A DNA stretch of 64,000 nucleotides from the human T2T-CHM13v2.0 reference genome, Homo sapiens, in the NCBI RefSeq assembly GCF_009914755.1, contig NC_060930.1. The stretch is one strand, 5' to 3'. Positions 29,951 through 44,067 of the stretch are shown in pieces. Position 1 is the first letter of the stretch; every line of letters starts with the position of its first letter. The translations under genes and the position numbers were made by a program. Below the pieces are notes generated by a model, which ran no database searches, had not been told where the DNA came from, and saw only the letters and a program-made list of their open reading frames with translations.

Positions 29951-30749
29951 GGCAGCAGGAAACCAGTCTACCCATTGCCTTGCTGTGTATACCACCCTGG
30001 ACTGAGACTTGAACCCAGTCCGAGCCCAGCTCTGACACTACCCAGCCATGTGACCTGGGCTCAGCTTCCTTTCCTGTGAAGGGTGAGAGTCTCAGTGCCC
30101 TCCTGACCCCTGGGGTTGATGGGAGGGGCTGCTGAGATGATGTGTGACAACATTAAAGTTCTGCACGCATGTAAGCTCATTTCAGATGTGCCCCAATCCC
30201 TTTGGCATCTTTGTGAGGACTTCCATTTGCCTTTTGAATGAGACTACCTCTTCTGATTTTGGTTTCAAGTCGTAAACACATCTTTAACTTAGACTCACCA
30301 TCCAGCAGTCCCCTGGGTATGCAGATGCCCTGCACTCTTCCCAGTGCCACACCCTGCTGCAGGTGCATGGTGCCCTGGCCAGGTGCGCCTGCCCTTCTCT
30401 TGCTGTCAGCGTCCCTCTTTTCTTCCAGATACAGCTGGGGAGACTCCCTTTACATGGAGATGTGCCTGACTCCACTACAGGATGCATTTACTCCGGTCTT
30501 CTCTTGGTTACTCACAGTGGCCTGTTCCCTCCTGACCTGGGGCCCAGCACAGGCTGCCCACCATCTCCTGGGATGCTCTCACCCTCTTTCCTGCTCTTCC
30601 TGGAGTTCAGGGCCTCTGTTCTCCCTTCTCACATACATCACTCTGTATTTACTCTTTGAAAGACTCATCACACTCATAAATCAATACTTATTTTATCATC
30701 CTTTGTTTAATGTCTGTCACCTCTTTTTCTGCAGACTTCTGAGGGACAG

Positions 30750-30916
30750 TGCTATGGACTCAATGGCTGTGTCCCTCTAAAATCTATATATTGAAGCCCT
30801 AACCCCCAGTGTGATGATATTTGGAGGTGGGGCCTTTGGGAGGTGATTAGGTTTGAGGGTAGGGCTGCCATGATGGGATTGGGGGCCTTATAAGGACGAA
30901 GGAGACAGCCAAGCAT

Positions 30917-30968
<52 letters not shown>

Positions 30969-31177
30969 TCTCCCTCTCTCTCTCTGTCCTTCTCTCTCTC
31001 TGTCCCCCTCTCTTTCTGTCATGTGAGGACACAGGCAGGATGAGGGCTCTCACTGGAACTTGAGCATGCCAGCAACCTGAACTTAGACTTCCTGCCTCCA
31101 GAACTGTGAGAAATAAATGTTTGCTACTTAGGCCACCTAGTCGGTGGCAATTTGTTACAGCAGTCCAAACTAAGACT
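30750..31177 (+). mobile_element. MLT1A-type LTR with internal (TC)n tract (30917-31018), inserted in an L2 relic
   Basis: tgctatggactcaatggctgtgtccctctaaaatctatatattgaagccctaacccccagtgtgatg...ttgttacagcagtccaaactaagac. Confidence 0.85.
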
Positions 31178-32387
31178 GTATCCCCAGGATCCAGCACAAT
31201 GCCCAGCATAGAGATTTTCAGTAAATCTTAGATGGGTGCAGTAGTGACTGTCCTGCCTCTGATTTCTACCCGTCACCTGTCACACTCCCTTTATACTTTC
31301 CCAGACAGCTAGCATTTCACTCACATTGCTGCACAGGCCTGGTCTCCTATGAGTTTGAGTTATTTACTGAAATTGATATTCACAAGTATTACTTCTTTTC
31401 AACAAACATGCTAAAGCATGAACTTCTACATTAGTGTAGTAACCTTGGTAGGCTGTAAACTCCCCACAGCCACATGCAGGACACTTGGAGTATTGCTTGT
31501 AGGAATTGACTTCAAGGCTTGAAGCTTTTAAGAAAAGTTCTCTCAATGAGGATATATGTGTGTCCTTAGAGAAAGAATTTCATTACATAAGAGAAACCCA
31601 CTCACTCCAATTCAGGTTTGGAGAGTAAGCTAGGTAAGCAAGCTTGAAAATTGTGACCACTTAGGGTCAAAAATGGCAGGTAGTAAGGTTGTCATGCTGT
31701 GGAGTGAGCAAGCACCTGGGGCTGTTCTTAACCTTCACTATTAACCAGCCGTGTGTCTTAGCTGAATTACTTAACCTCTCATTGCTTTGATTATTTCCTC
31801 TGTAAGTTGAGGGGTGTGGTGTACTATATCTATGGTTATTTTTCTGTTCTGAAATCGTGTATGTGGCTGTGTGTGTGCATGCACGTGCATGTCGCGGGTG
31901 AAATGTACTGACTCGTAACAAAGCTTGAGAGAAAATCAGGCTTAGTACAATGGCAGTTTGGTTGGATTAAAGCCCCCTTTCAAAAACAACACTCTTATCT
32001 GTTGATGTTCTATATGTTTGTTAAGTAAAGCAATACATCAAAACTTTTCAAATCATGGAATATTTAAAAAATGATAATATTTTGATGGTACACTGAAGTA
32101 AACTGGTGAGATGATGGTGTCTATATGAGGCTTGATGAAAACTTTCACCGCATATTTTTATGTAATTATTCATAAAACAAAATACAAAATATTAGGGAAG
32201 ATATTAAATTTTGAAGTTGTGGGAAACCTCCAAATAAAAAATGTATCAGTTTATAATTGAGAGTGATGACCTCTCTTCGGATTTCCAACTTGAAATGCTT
32301 CATTCAGCATTCTTCAGAGAGTCACCACTTACAAGAAATTTTGCTCATAGAAAGAAGTGACAAAAAATAAAAAATCATTTTCACAAC

Positions 32388-32854
32388 TATTAACTTCCTA
32401 TTGCTGCTGTAACAAATTACTATAAATGTAGTGGCTTAAAATAACACAAAATAATTATCTTACAGTTCATCTGAACTGGGTTTTAATGGGCTCAAATTAA
32501 GATGTCAGTAGGGCTGTGTTCCTTCTGGAGGCTCTAGGCAAGAATTTGTTTTCTTGCCTTTTCCAGCTCCTAGAAGCTGTCTGCACTCCCTGACTCGTGG
32601 CCCCTTCCTCCATCTGCAAAACACATCCTCCAGCGTCACATCTCTTTCTCCCACTCTGACTGTCTTGCCTGGCTCTGACAAGGACACTGTGATTACATTG
32701 ATTCGTCCCAAGTAATCTAGGATCTTCCAGCATCCTGGAAGCTGCCTGCATTCTTTGACTCGTGGTCTCTTTTGCCACGTAAAGTAACGGACTCACAGGT
32801 TTTGGAGATGAGGACGAGGACAACTTTGGGGGAATCATTGTTCAGCTTATCGCA
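32388..32854 (-). mobile_element. MLT1C-like LTR with internal ~40-bp duplication
   Basis: ttgctgctgtaacaaattac...gtggcttaaaataacac...ttttggagatgaggac; colinear with the MLT1C-like copy at 60498-60972. Confidence 0.85.
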
Positions 32855-35338
32855 ACCACCCTTCAAAAATTCCCATCAACTGAAATTATGTTTAAAGAAT
32901 CAAGCAGAGTTTCCTTTTCTGTTGCTGACAAATGTGATGCTGAAATTTCTTGCAATAATGTGAATGGATTTCTAATCCAAGATCACTTTTTATATCAAAT
33001 ATTTCAAAGTAATGGTGACTCTGCAGAATGGGCACACCCTTGCAGAGCAGCCATCTTGTAGCTAACCGGGACCAGGAAAAGGACACGTCAGCTAGAAGAA
33101 GACAGGAGGTGGCCAGAGGCTCTGAGTGGCTGCTGAGATGGGGGCCCCCATCTCACTTGTCCCTCTCCACCCCCTGTTATCACCCTGCTGAGCACTGTGC
33201 TGGCTCCTTGGGTTCCCAGGTGATGAGGCTCTTCAGCAGCCCTTTGTCCTCGATGGGCGAGGGACACTCTGCCTGAAGTACACATCTAGCTGGGGGGTGC
33301 TGGATGTTGCTCCCAGAGCTGAGACCCCACTTTGCTTAGGCCACCCCTGATCTAGACAGATCAGCCTCAAAGGGATGAAGATCTCACAAGCCTGCCGTGG
33401 CTCCCAGGTGGGAATCTAAGCAAGGCAGGGAGTGTGTGGGTATGGAACAGGGCTTCAGAGTCAGGCTACTGGTGTCAAACCCAGGACCTCCTGATGATTA
33501 GCTGCCTGACATGGTGCAGGTCACCTCACCTTCCTGAGCAGCTTCTATTGTAAACTGGGGTTCTTGCCTCCTAGGTTGCTGTAGAATGAGGTCCGGAGAG
33601 TGCTTTGCACAGTGCTGAGAACAGCATCAATGCTGATCACTGATGATGAGAATGAGGATGCTGGTGTTTTCAGCCTTGTCTTGTTTTCTTTCTCCCAGGG
33701 TAAATTCTTAGTCATCTTCACCTTACCTGCTCTGTACTTATCAGGGGTGCTTCGTGCAATAAGCACATGATGGAAAGTGTCAATCGTTGTGGCAGCCACA
33801 TGACATCTAGGTCCTGATAGAAGAGGCCCTACCCGGCTGCTGGTTAGAGGCTTGCCATGTGCAGGGCTGGGGCTGCTGCGTTAGCAGGTGTGTTAGCATT
33901 CCACAGGTGAGATCAGTTGACTGTAGCAATTACTTCAAATGGAATGAAACAGAAGCCTTAAGTGATTCCATCTCTCTTTGATACTCCATTTCTACCTGCA
34001 TAAGATCATATAACATTATGATGAATTCCTGAGCTAATTTGGAAATTATACATATTTATATTTCGGTTGTTATTATAGCAGTAGTGCACTGATCATTTGA
34101 TTCCAAAAGTAATTTCCTTCTACAAATTTACCCTTGACATTCTAAAATGTATATTCAGATTTAATGGAAAAAAAGATGTGTTATAAAACAAGGCAGTGTT
34201 TTTGAGCCTGAAATAGTAAGGGAAGAGCATTAATTTGCTTTTAAGTTTAATTAGAAATGGAATGACTTTCTAAATCATAATTGATAGCATTTTAATTAGG
34301 ATATTATTTTTCAGTGTCTGGAATGCTCATTTTTCACATTTGAGATCAAGAAAGTACTTTTCGGGATATGTTTGCCTTTGTTAACCGGTTGGGTGAGCCT
34401 TCCAGATTTTTTTAAGCAGATATTTTTGTAAAAATATTTAAATATTGATTGTTAATAAAGCCATTTGTTTTAATTCAGTGGAAAATAATTTTATTAAGGC
34501 TTAAATAAAGCTGTGCCAGCAATTTTCCTTCATCACAGTGTTTTGGGGCTGCATTAATTATAAGCAATGGAGCTGCTGGAGACATTTACACAGCACACAA
34601 ATTCCTCATTGTTAGCAACGGCTGGTGTGTGCTGACAGCTACCTCTTAGAGAAATGCAACCCATGGTTTAACGGTGGAAAGTGTGGCATTAGCATAATTT
34701 CTTGGCAGGGACAAAGCTGGGGTTGCAGCATTGTCTTCAACAGTGACTCCTTCGTTAACAGTGTCTTATCAAGGCCTGGACTCCCGGGGCGACATGCCGC
34801 CACATGATCGTGTCATAGGTAACCGGAATCCTGTGGGAAATGGCTGCTTCTGAATAAAAGGGGAAGGATTTAAATTGCTTATGATTATGATTTGAAAAGG
34901 ACCTGTGGAAGAAAGATTCTGAAAGGAATTGCTTGTGTTTGATCAAAACTGACACAGTGTCACGGCAGCTTCTTTGACATTGACAGTAATGCATGTTATA
35001 GTTTCCATAAGGTGATCTAGAATTAAAACATTGTATTCTTCAGAGACCAATTCAGACTAAAATAGATCTGCTAATGCAAGGCTTCAGAGTCAAGAATAAA
35101 TTATAGCCCCTGAGGTTCTGGAAGTTCATTTGCATATTGTTAAGTGTAGTTCAGATAATTGGAAAAAATTTTTTGTAAATTTTAGAAGATATATCAAGAC
35201 AGTATTGGAAAGTAATAGAAAATATCAAATAATTATTTTATATTAATATTTGTCCTTTATACAATAAACTATTCCCTGACCTCAGGATTCCTTTTGATTT
35301 TGTGAATAATAAATAGAATTATAAAACTAAATATAACT

Positions 35339-35644
<306 letters not shown>

Positions 35645-35802
35645 CTAAATATGACTGGTAAAATTTGGTAATATAAGATGAGGAAGTAGCGACCATTTAT
35701 TGAGCATTTACTGTATCCTGGACAGGCAGTGTGATAAGTGCTGCACACATTTAATACATCTAATTTACATTTGATTTTAAATTTAAATTTACATTAAATA
35801 TA

Positions 35803-36204
35803 TGTATTAAGCTGTTCTTGCATTGCTATAAAGAAATACTGGTGACTAGGTAATTTATAAAGAAAGGAGGTTTAATTGGTTCGTGGTTCTGTAGGCTGTA
35901 CAGAAAGTATGGTGCTGGCATCTGCTTCTGAGGAGGCCTCAGGAAGCTTACATATGCATGGCAGAAGGCGAAGGGAGAGCAGGGGTCTCACAGGACTAGA
36001 CAGGAATGGGAGCAAGAGAGAGAGTGGGGGAAGTGCCACACACTTTTAAACAATCAGATCCCACAAGAACTCACTACCACAAGGACAGCACCAAGCCAGG
36101 AGGGATCCACCCCCATGACGCAAACACCTCCCACCAGGCCCCACCTCCAACACCGAGGATTATATCTCAACATGAGACTTGGAGGGGACATCCAAACTAT
36201 ATCA
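35803..36204 (-). mobile_element. MSTA/MSTB MaLR solo LTR inserted in a MIR
   Basis: tgtattaagctgttcttgcattgctataaagaaatac...catccaaactatatca; TSD atata. Confidence 0.9.
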
Positions 36205-36777
36205 ATATATTTAATTATCTTAACTCTGTGACTTACTGTCCTCAAGTTGTAAATGGGGCCATTAAACATCAAGAAAATTAAGTGATATTTCCAAAGTCAC
36301 TCGGCTAGTAGAGGGCAGGTCTGAGATTTGAACCCAGGTCATTTGATTCTGGAGCCTGCAGGATTGACTCTACAACCCCTGGGCCATGTTCTTTGTCACT
36401 ACTCAGTTCTACTGAATCCATTAAGTGATTCCCCTGAGGCTCCTTTTCACCATCCCTCTTGCATAAGCGTGATTGTGTCTGATTGTGGCTATTTAAAATA
36501 CACAGCACCTTGATCATTCATTTCATAGTCCTTTCTCTTGTCAGCAATTCTACCAATTTCTTCTTTATTCGTTTTGTTGTTTTTGTTGTTGTTGTTCTCT
36601 ATTGGATTCACGTGGGCATGGCATTGGGCTCCTCTGTGCTGACCACGTTTCCTTATCTCCTCTCCATCCCAGTCGTACAGCCTGGAAAGAGGGGGTGCGT
36701 TTCAGGGATGAGACCAGAGGGTATCTTTGCTTCAGATTTTCCAGAGCCTTCTTACTTGCGGATCCTGTGGGCCCATG

Positions 36778-38693
36778 AAGTGTGTGGGGGATCATGTATG
36801 AGTGTGGGGGGTCATATATGAGTTGGGGGGGGGTCATGTATGAGTGCGGGGATCATGTATGAGTGTGGGGTTTGTGTATGAGTGGGGGGTTATGTATTAT
36901 TGTGGGGGTCGTGTATGAGTAGGGGGGTCATGTTTGAGTGGGGGGTTGTGTATGAGTGCGGGGATTGTGTATAAGTGGGGGCATCATGTATGAGTGTGGG
37001 GGTCGTGTATGAGTGCGGGGGGTCATGTGTGGGTGGGGGGATCGTGTGTGGGTGCGGGGGGTCGTGTGTGGGTGCGGGGGGTCGTGTTTGAGTGCGGGGA
37101 GTTGTGTATGAGTGCGGGGGGTCGTGTATGAGTGTGGGTATCGTGTACAAGTGTGGGGGGTCATGTATGAGTGCAGAGATCGTGTATGAGTGGGGGGGTC
37201 GTGTATGAGTGCGGGGGTCGTGTATGAGTGCGGGGGTCGTGTATGAGTGCGGGGGATCGCGTATGAGTGGGGGGATCGTGTATGAGTGTGGGGGGTCATG
37301 TACGAGTGCTGGGGTCGTGTGTGGGTGGGGGGGTTGTGTGTGGGGGCAGGGGATCGTGTTTGAGTGCAGGGGTCGTGTATGAGTGCGAGGGGTCGTGTAT
37401 GAGTGGGTCGTGTATGAGTGTGAGGGGTCGTGTATGAGTGTGGGGTCGTGTATGAGTGTGGGGTCGTGTATGAGTGCGAGGGGTCATGTATGAGTGCAGG
37501 GGGTCATGTATGAGTGTGAGGGGTCGTGTATGAGTGGGGTGGTCGTGTATGAGTGCAGGGGGTCGTGTATGAGTGTGAGGGGTCATGAATGAGTGCGGGG
37601 TTGGGTATGAGTGTGAGGGGTCATGTGTGAGTGTGGGGTCATGTATGAGTGCGAGGGGTCGTGTACGAGTGCGGGGATCATGTACGAGTGTGGGGATCGT
37701 GTATGAGTTTGGGGGGTCATGTACGAGTGCGGAGATTGTGTATGAGTGGGGGGGGTCGTGTATGAGTGCGGGGGTCGTGTATGAGTGGGGGGATCGTGTA
37801 CGAGTGTGGGGAGTCATGTACGAGTGTAGGGGTCGTGTACGAGTGCGGAGATTGTGTATGAGTGGGGGGTTCGTGTATGAGTGCGGGTATCGTGTATGAG
37901 TGCGGGGGATTGTGTACGAGTGAGGAGATCATGTACGAGTGTGGGGGATCATGTAAGAGTGCGGGGGTCGTGTGTGAGTGCGGGGGATTGTGTACGAGTG
38001 AGGAGATCATGTACGAGTGTGAGGGATCATGTAAGAGTGCGGGGGTCGTGTATGAGTGCGGAGATCGTGTATGAGTACGGGGGATCATGTATGAGTGGGG
38101 GGGGTCATGTATGAGTGCGGGGATCGTGTATGAGTGGGGGGGATCGTGTATGAGTGTGGGGATCGTGTACGAGTGCGGGGGGTCGTGTACGAGTGCGGAG
38201 ATTGTGTATGAGTGGGGGGGTCGTGTATGAGTGTGGGGGATCATGTATGAGTGGGGTGTCGTGTATGAGTGTGGGTATCGTGTATGAGTACAGGGATTGT
38301 GTATGAGTGCGGGGATCGTGTATGAGTGCGGGGGGTCATGTATGAGTGTGGGGGATCGTGTATGAGTAGGGGGGTCGTGTATGAGTGCGGGGGTCGTGTA
38401 TTAGTGTGGGTGTCGTGTATGAGTGTGGAGATCGTGTATGAGTGCGGGGGGTCGTGTATAAGTGCGGGGGTCGTGTATGAGTGCGGGGGTCGTGTGTGAG
38501 TGCGGAGGTCATGTATGAGTTCAGGAGTCGTGTATGAGTGCAGGGGATCATGTATGAGTCGGGGGTTCAGGTATGAGTGGTGGGGTCAGGTATGAGTGTG
38601 GGGATCAGGTATGAGTGTGGAGATTGTGTATGAATGTGGGGATTATGTATGAGTATGGGGATTATATGTGAGTGTGGGGATCATGTATGAGTG
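36778..38693 (+). repeat. ~1.9-kb G-rich minisatellite (VNTR), unit ~18-21 bp, consensus GGGG(G/A)TC(G/A)TGTATGAGTG(C/T)
   Basis: Roughly 95-100 tandem units read directly; strong G skew; 78-bp higher-order duplication at 37901/37979. Confidence 0.98.
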
Positions 38694-39260
38694 TCTCCAG
38701 GACTGACAGAATATCCCCTGGTGGTTTAAGTCAAGTGGGGCCCAGAGAAACTCTGGACAGATAGAGGGTGATGCTCTTAGTTCCTCTTTTTACCCATAAA
38801 ACAAGAGGTTCAACAGAACAATACATTGTTTGCAGGAACAATATGTTCTGAAATTATAAGCTCTGAAATTTATTCTTGAAAAGATCTTTAGGGCCCCAGA
38901 AAGGTTTAGGCTCCCATATGGTTTAGGGGATAAGCTCTATGCCCGGAGGTGCCCTGTGCCAGCCCACTCCCAGGCAACCTGTGAGCTAGGCCTGGCCCTT
39001 TACAATTTCCTTGCACCCCCTTGGAGCAGGTGCTGACCAGAACAGCTTGATCACCTTCCCCTGTCACTGGGAGTTCTGTGATCATCCACGCTCCATCAGC
39101 ATTCTCTTTTGACAAGAAGCTTGTTTTGTATAATCTCCCACCGGAAATGATGGAAGTGGCCTGAGATGAAGATGAGCCTCGGTAAAATCTGTTATGTTTT
39201 ACTTCTGCAAAGTGGGATTCAGCCTGGATTATGAAGTACATGAATTTGTGTTTTGCAGCT

Positions 39261-39395
39261 CAGTGGCTCTCAACCTTGGCTAGACAGTAGAATTATGTGA
39301 GGAACTTTAAAAATACCAAATACCATGGACTTGTCCCAGAATAATTAAAATCAGAATCGCTAAGGCTGGGCCCTGACAGCAACATTTCTTAAAAG
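39261..39395. mobile_element. MER5-family (hAT-Charlie) fragment
   Basis: cagtggctctcaaccttggc...agaattatgtgaggaactttaaaaatac...aattaaaatcagaatc. Confidence 0.7.
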
Positions 39396-39752
39396 CAGGC
39401 GAGTAGAATGTGCAGAGAGGGCTAAACCTTGAGTGAGAAGATGGTGAGGCAGTGAAGGCGGCTCTAATACTGCTACTGCTACTTGTAGTAGTGCAGCTAG
39501 TACTGCTAGTGAACAGTTACTAGGTGCCTATCATGTGCTGGTGTTGTTCTGAGCATTTTTCATAGAACAAAATTATTCTCATGCATTCCTTACAATAACC
39601 TATCAGCTTATTTCATTTTCACTGATGTGTACTTGGAAAACCTTGAGGAGGTACAGCAGTGTATTCAGAGTGAAATCATGTTTCATGGGGCATTCTCTAC
39701 TACAAAGGTGAAGTTTAACCTGTTTGTCTAGGTGCAAGATATCTGACTTTTC

Positions 39753-40063
39753 TTTTTTTTCTTTTTTTTTTTTTTTGACAAGGTCTTGCTCTGTCGCCCA
39801 GGCTGGAGGCTGGAGTGCAGTGGCACGATCTCAGCTCACTGTGATGTCTCCCTCCTGGATTCAAGTAATTCTCCCACCTCAGCTGCCTGAGTAGCTGGGA
39901 TTACAGGTACCCACCACCAGGCTCAGCTAATTTTTGTATTTTTAGTGGAGATGGGGTTTCACCATGTTGGCCAGGCTAGTGTCAAACTCCTGACCTCAGG
40001 TGATCCACCCACCTCAGCTTCTCAAAGTGCTGGGATTATAGGCATGAGCCACAGCACCCAGCC
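39753..40063 (-). mobile_element. AluSx-like element
   Basis: Full Alu in reverse with a small ggctgga duplication; TSD agat(a/c)tctgacttttc. Confidence 0.95.
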
Positions 40064-40556
40064 AGATCTCTGACTTTTCATATCCATTGTCTTGTCATAG
40101 AAGACTTAGGTGGTCTTGGACAGCAAACATGCCTTGGTTCTGCCAGCTGAGACCCAGGTGTAGTACAGTAAACAGTGATCTTCAGATTCTGAGTTACAAA
40201 TCCTGGCCTCCTAATTCCTAGAATCAGACTTCACATGAGTTTCTTGAAATGCATCTTTGCTAAAAATATTTTATAAAACTGCCAAAGTAAAGAGATCTTG
40301 ATAACATACTGCCATGCAGAGACTCAGGTAGTACATACAAAGTCCTCCAAGTGCTCCAACTAACTCCTGTGTACTTGGATGTAACGCCTTTGTACCTTTC
40401 CATGTGATCCCTCATGTTACATTTACAACCTCCCTGGGAGGGCTCCATCATGAAGGGCTAGATGGGTAAGGTGAAATTTAGATTGTGTTGTAATTTAGCT
40501 GGTTGCAAAATCTGAGATCACTTGCCTTCTAGTCAGGTCATTTAAAAAACATATTA

Positions 40557-40853
<297 letters not shown>

Positions 40854-41861
40854 TTAAACCGTTAGTGTAGTGTTGTTGGTTTTGGTGTATTCTTCTATCA
40901 ATGTATAGAGTATGTAACCACCACCATCTGCAAGGTATAGAGCAGCAGCATGGAGTTCCCAGGGATGGACTAGGGCGTCAAAGCCACCTTTTGTCTCCTC
41001 CGCTTACCTGAGGGGCCTGGTTAAGCTTAAGTTTCTCTAAGAGGTTAAGCTCTATGGCCAGCCCTCACTAGTGATTTCTTGGCAGTTAGGTGACAAACTC
41101 AGAAAGTTTGGCTGATGATAGGAATGGGAATGTGTGAAGTTTTTCCCGCTTGACAAGACACTGTAATTCATGATCCCCATCAGAGGGACTTGAGCCATGA
41201 AAACAAGGCTGGAATCAAAACTCTAAAGGTATAGGTTACTTTTCAGAAAAAAATGAACTGATTTACCCATAGAGGCCTCTGAAAATAAGAATGTCCTGCC
41301 TGGCAGAGTGCTGCCGTCTGGATCTGAGCCTGGGGTGCCCTGGGTGGGTATACACAGGACATGTGGAGGAGGGTGTCAGGAGCGTGCTTGTCCTCTGTCC
41401 TGGTCCAGACCCTTGCCAGCCCACTTCCACCTTTTCTTCCCTTCCCCGAATTTAGATCTTGAGCTCCATGCTCAAAGGCCTGGAGAGTTTGGGGCTGCCC
41501 TTCCATCCCCACAACTTAACACCCACCATCGACTCCTTGACAAGGCAGGGTAGCCAGAAGCTCCTTTGATGCCTGGGAGCCTCTCCAAGAAAGCTCGTTT
41601 TGATAACAGCACTCATCCTTTGATCTCCACAGGGAGCAAGTTACCAACTTCATTTTTTAAAATTCTGACAGTTTTGTTGACTTTGCACTCTGATGAAAGC
41701 GTAAAATCCTAGGATGAAAAGCTCTACCTACATATCAAATAATAAAATAGTTATACCCTAGAAGAAGAGAAACTCACTGTCTCCTGCTAAAGAAATACCT
41801 TCTGTCTATGCAACTTTTCTTTCCCCCTTTCTATACCTCTCTTATAAGGGCAAAGCATTTA

Positions 41862-42315
<454 letters not shown>

Positions 42316-43116
42316 AGAGTTGTCTCATTTCTGTGATGTGACATCTGATTATGAAAGTCTTCTACAGTGAAGGAATGGGGGAGGAGGAAGGTAGAAGGAG
42401 GGAAAAGAAAGAAAGAAGGAAGGGGAAAGATAAGAAAATGACGAATTATATTAGAATATTTTTGCATTTTATGGAGCAGGAGGTGTCAACAGTAGTCAGC
42501 CTGTATGGGTTTGAATTCCGCTGTTTGTTTACTGGAGATGTGGGTAAAATGCTTGACTAATATTGCTTTGAGGGGCGCTTGTGAGGATTAGATAAAATGA
42601 TCTTTACAAAGTGCCTGCCAAGTAGTAAACACTCAATAAAGGTTGTTATACAATCCAGTGGCAAAAAATAGGATTTTCATTTCTTATTTGGTTTCTAGAT
42701 CCTTCTACAGAATAGGAGGTGCTCTGTAAATACTGATTGAATATGTAGATGCGAGAATGCCTAATGAGGAGGTAGAGAACTAGTGCGGCCCACATTGCCC
42801 ACATCTCTTCTTACCATGCTGAGGAACTTTTGTCATGCGTATCCGCGCATCTCAATTTTGAGGTAATGCTTAACTCTACCAGGGAAAGAATTTAGTGTAG
42901 ACATAACTGTTAAGACAGCTACAAAGCCAGTGTCCTTAAAACAAAAAGTCATTGAATAGAAAAGAGATAGAATTGACCATTTTGCTGTGATACACTGTTC
43001 TCTTATTTTAGTATTTCTCACTTAGAACTAACAAAGGTTTTAACTGTTGAGTCAAAGGTATGCCATAGGACTTAGACCAATACCAGGTGGAAGGTAGTGA
43101 GAAGGATTGTCTAGAA

Positions 43117-43271
43117 GGAAGTGTGAGATGCCGTTAGACATCCAAGCTGAGGTGCTAAGGAGTTAGTAGGTACCCGAGCTTGGAGTTTGAGGAAGCAATC
43201 AGGCATTTAAATCATTCTTTTTAGGAGTTTTTAGGAACTTCAGTTCTTATGGAAACATTGAGTATTCTACA
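43117..43271 (+). repeat. Dispersed direct duplicate of 44840-44994
   Basis: Core 139 bp differs by 6 substitutions + 1 indel from the copy 1.72 kb downstream (hand alignment). Confidence 0.95.
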
Positions 43272-43657
43272 CATCCATGTAAAAGCTTAACAGACTGGAC
43301 TTCCTGTTTCCACTGAGGTTGAATAGAAATGACAGTAACAACAGTCACAATATTTAACTTTTATCAAGGGCTTACTTGGTGCTTAATCCTGACTTGGGTG
43401 CTCTGTATGCATTATTCCACTTAATCCCAGACCATGTCTATGACCTGGATACCATCATTCTCTTCATTTACACAAAAAGAGATAGATACGGAGAAATTAA
43501 GAAAATGACCCAGTATCATACAGATAGCTAAGTCATGGCATTGAGTTATAAGGGGATAAATTATGAGATGGACTTCTGCACAATGTGTGTCCTCTAAAAT
43601 AGGTCTTTTCCCCCAAACTCCATGATTAGTGCTTCTGTTCACTTATTAAAAACACTG

Positions 43658-43990
<333 letters not shown>

Positions 43991-44067
43991 CTAATGTACT
44001 AGTAATAGTTCCTTCTTACAAGCCATTGCTAAGATTTTGGTATAAAGAGTTAGTTAATGTGGTATTT

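Noticed and set aside
30238-30780. 180-aa ORF as a novel gene
   Set aside because: No recognisable domain, low-complexity Leu/Ser/Cys composition, and its 3' part runs into L2 and MLT1A sequence
31878-31891. Palindrome catgcacgtgcatg (also tataactatagttata at 9722-9737 and cgtgcatgcacg at 59474-59485)
   Set aside because: Short palindromes in or near purine-pyrimidine or AT low-complexity sequence; plausible by chance
36890-38551. His/Thr/Pro-rich and Cys/Gly-rich ORFs of 70-175 aa
   Set aside because: Translations of the minisatellite; unit length varies between 18 and 21 nt so no frame is preserved
36778-38693. CRISPR-like array
   Set aside because: Contiguous tandem units with no unique spacers, no cas genes, primate context
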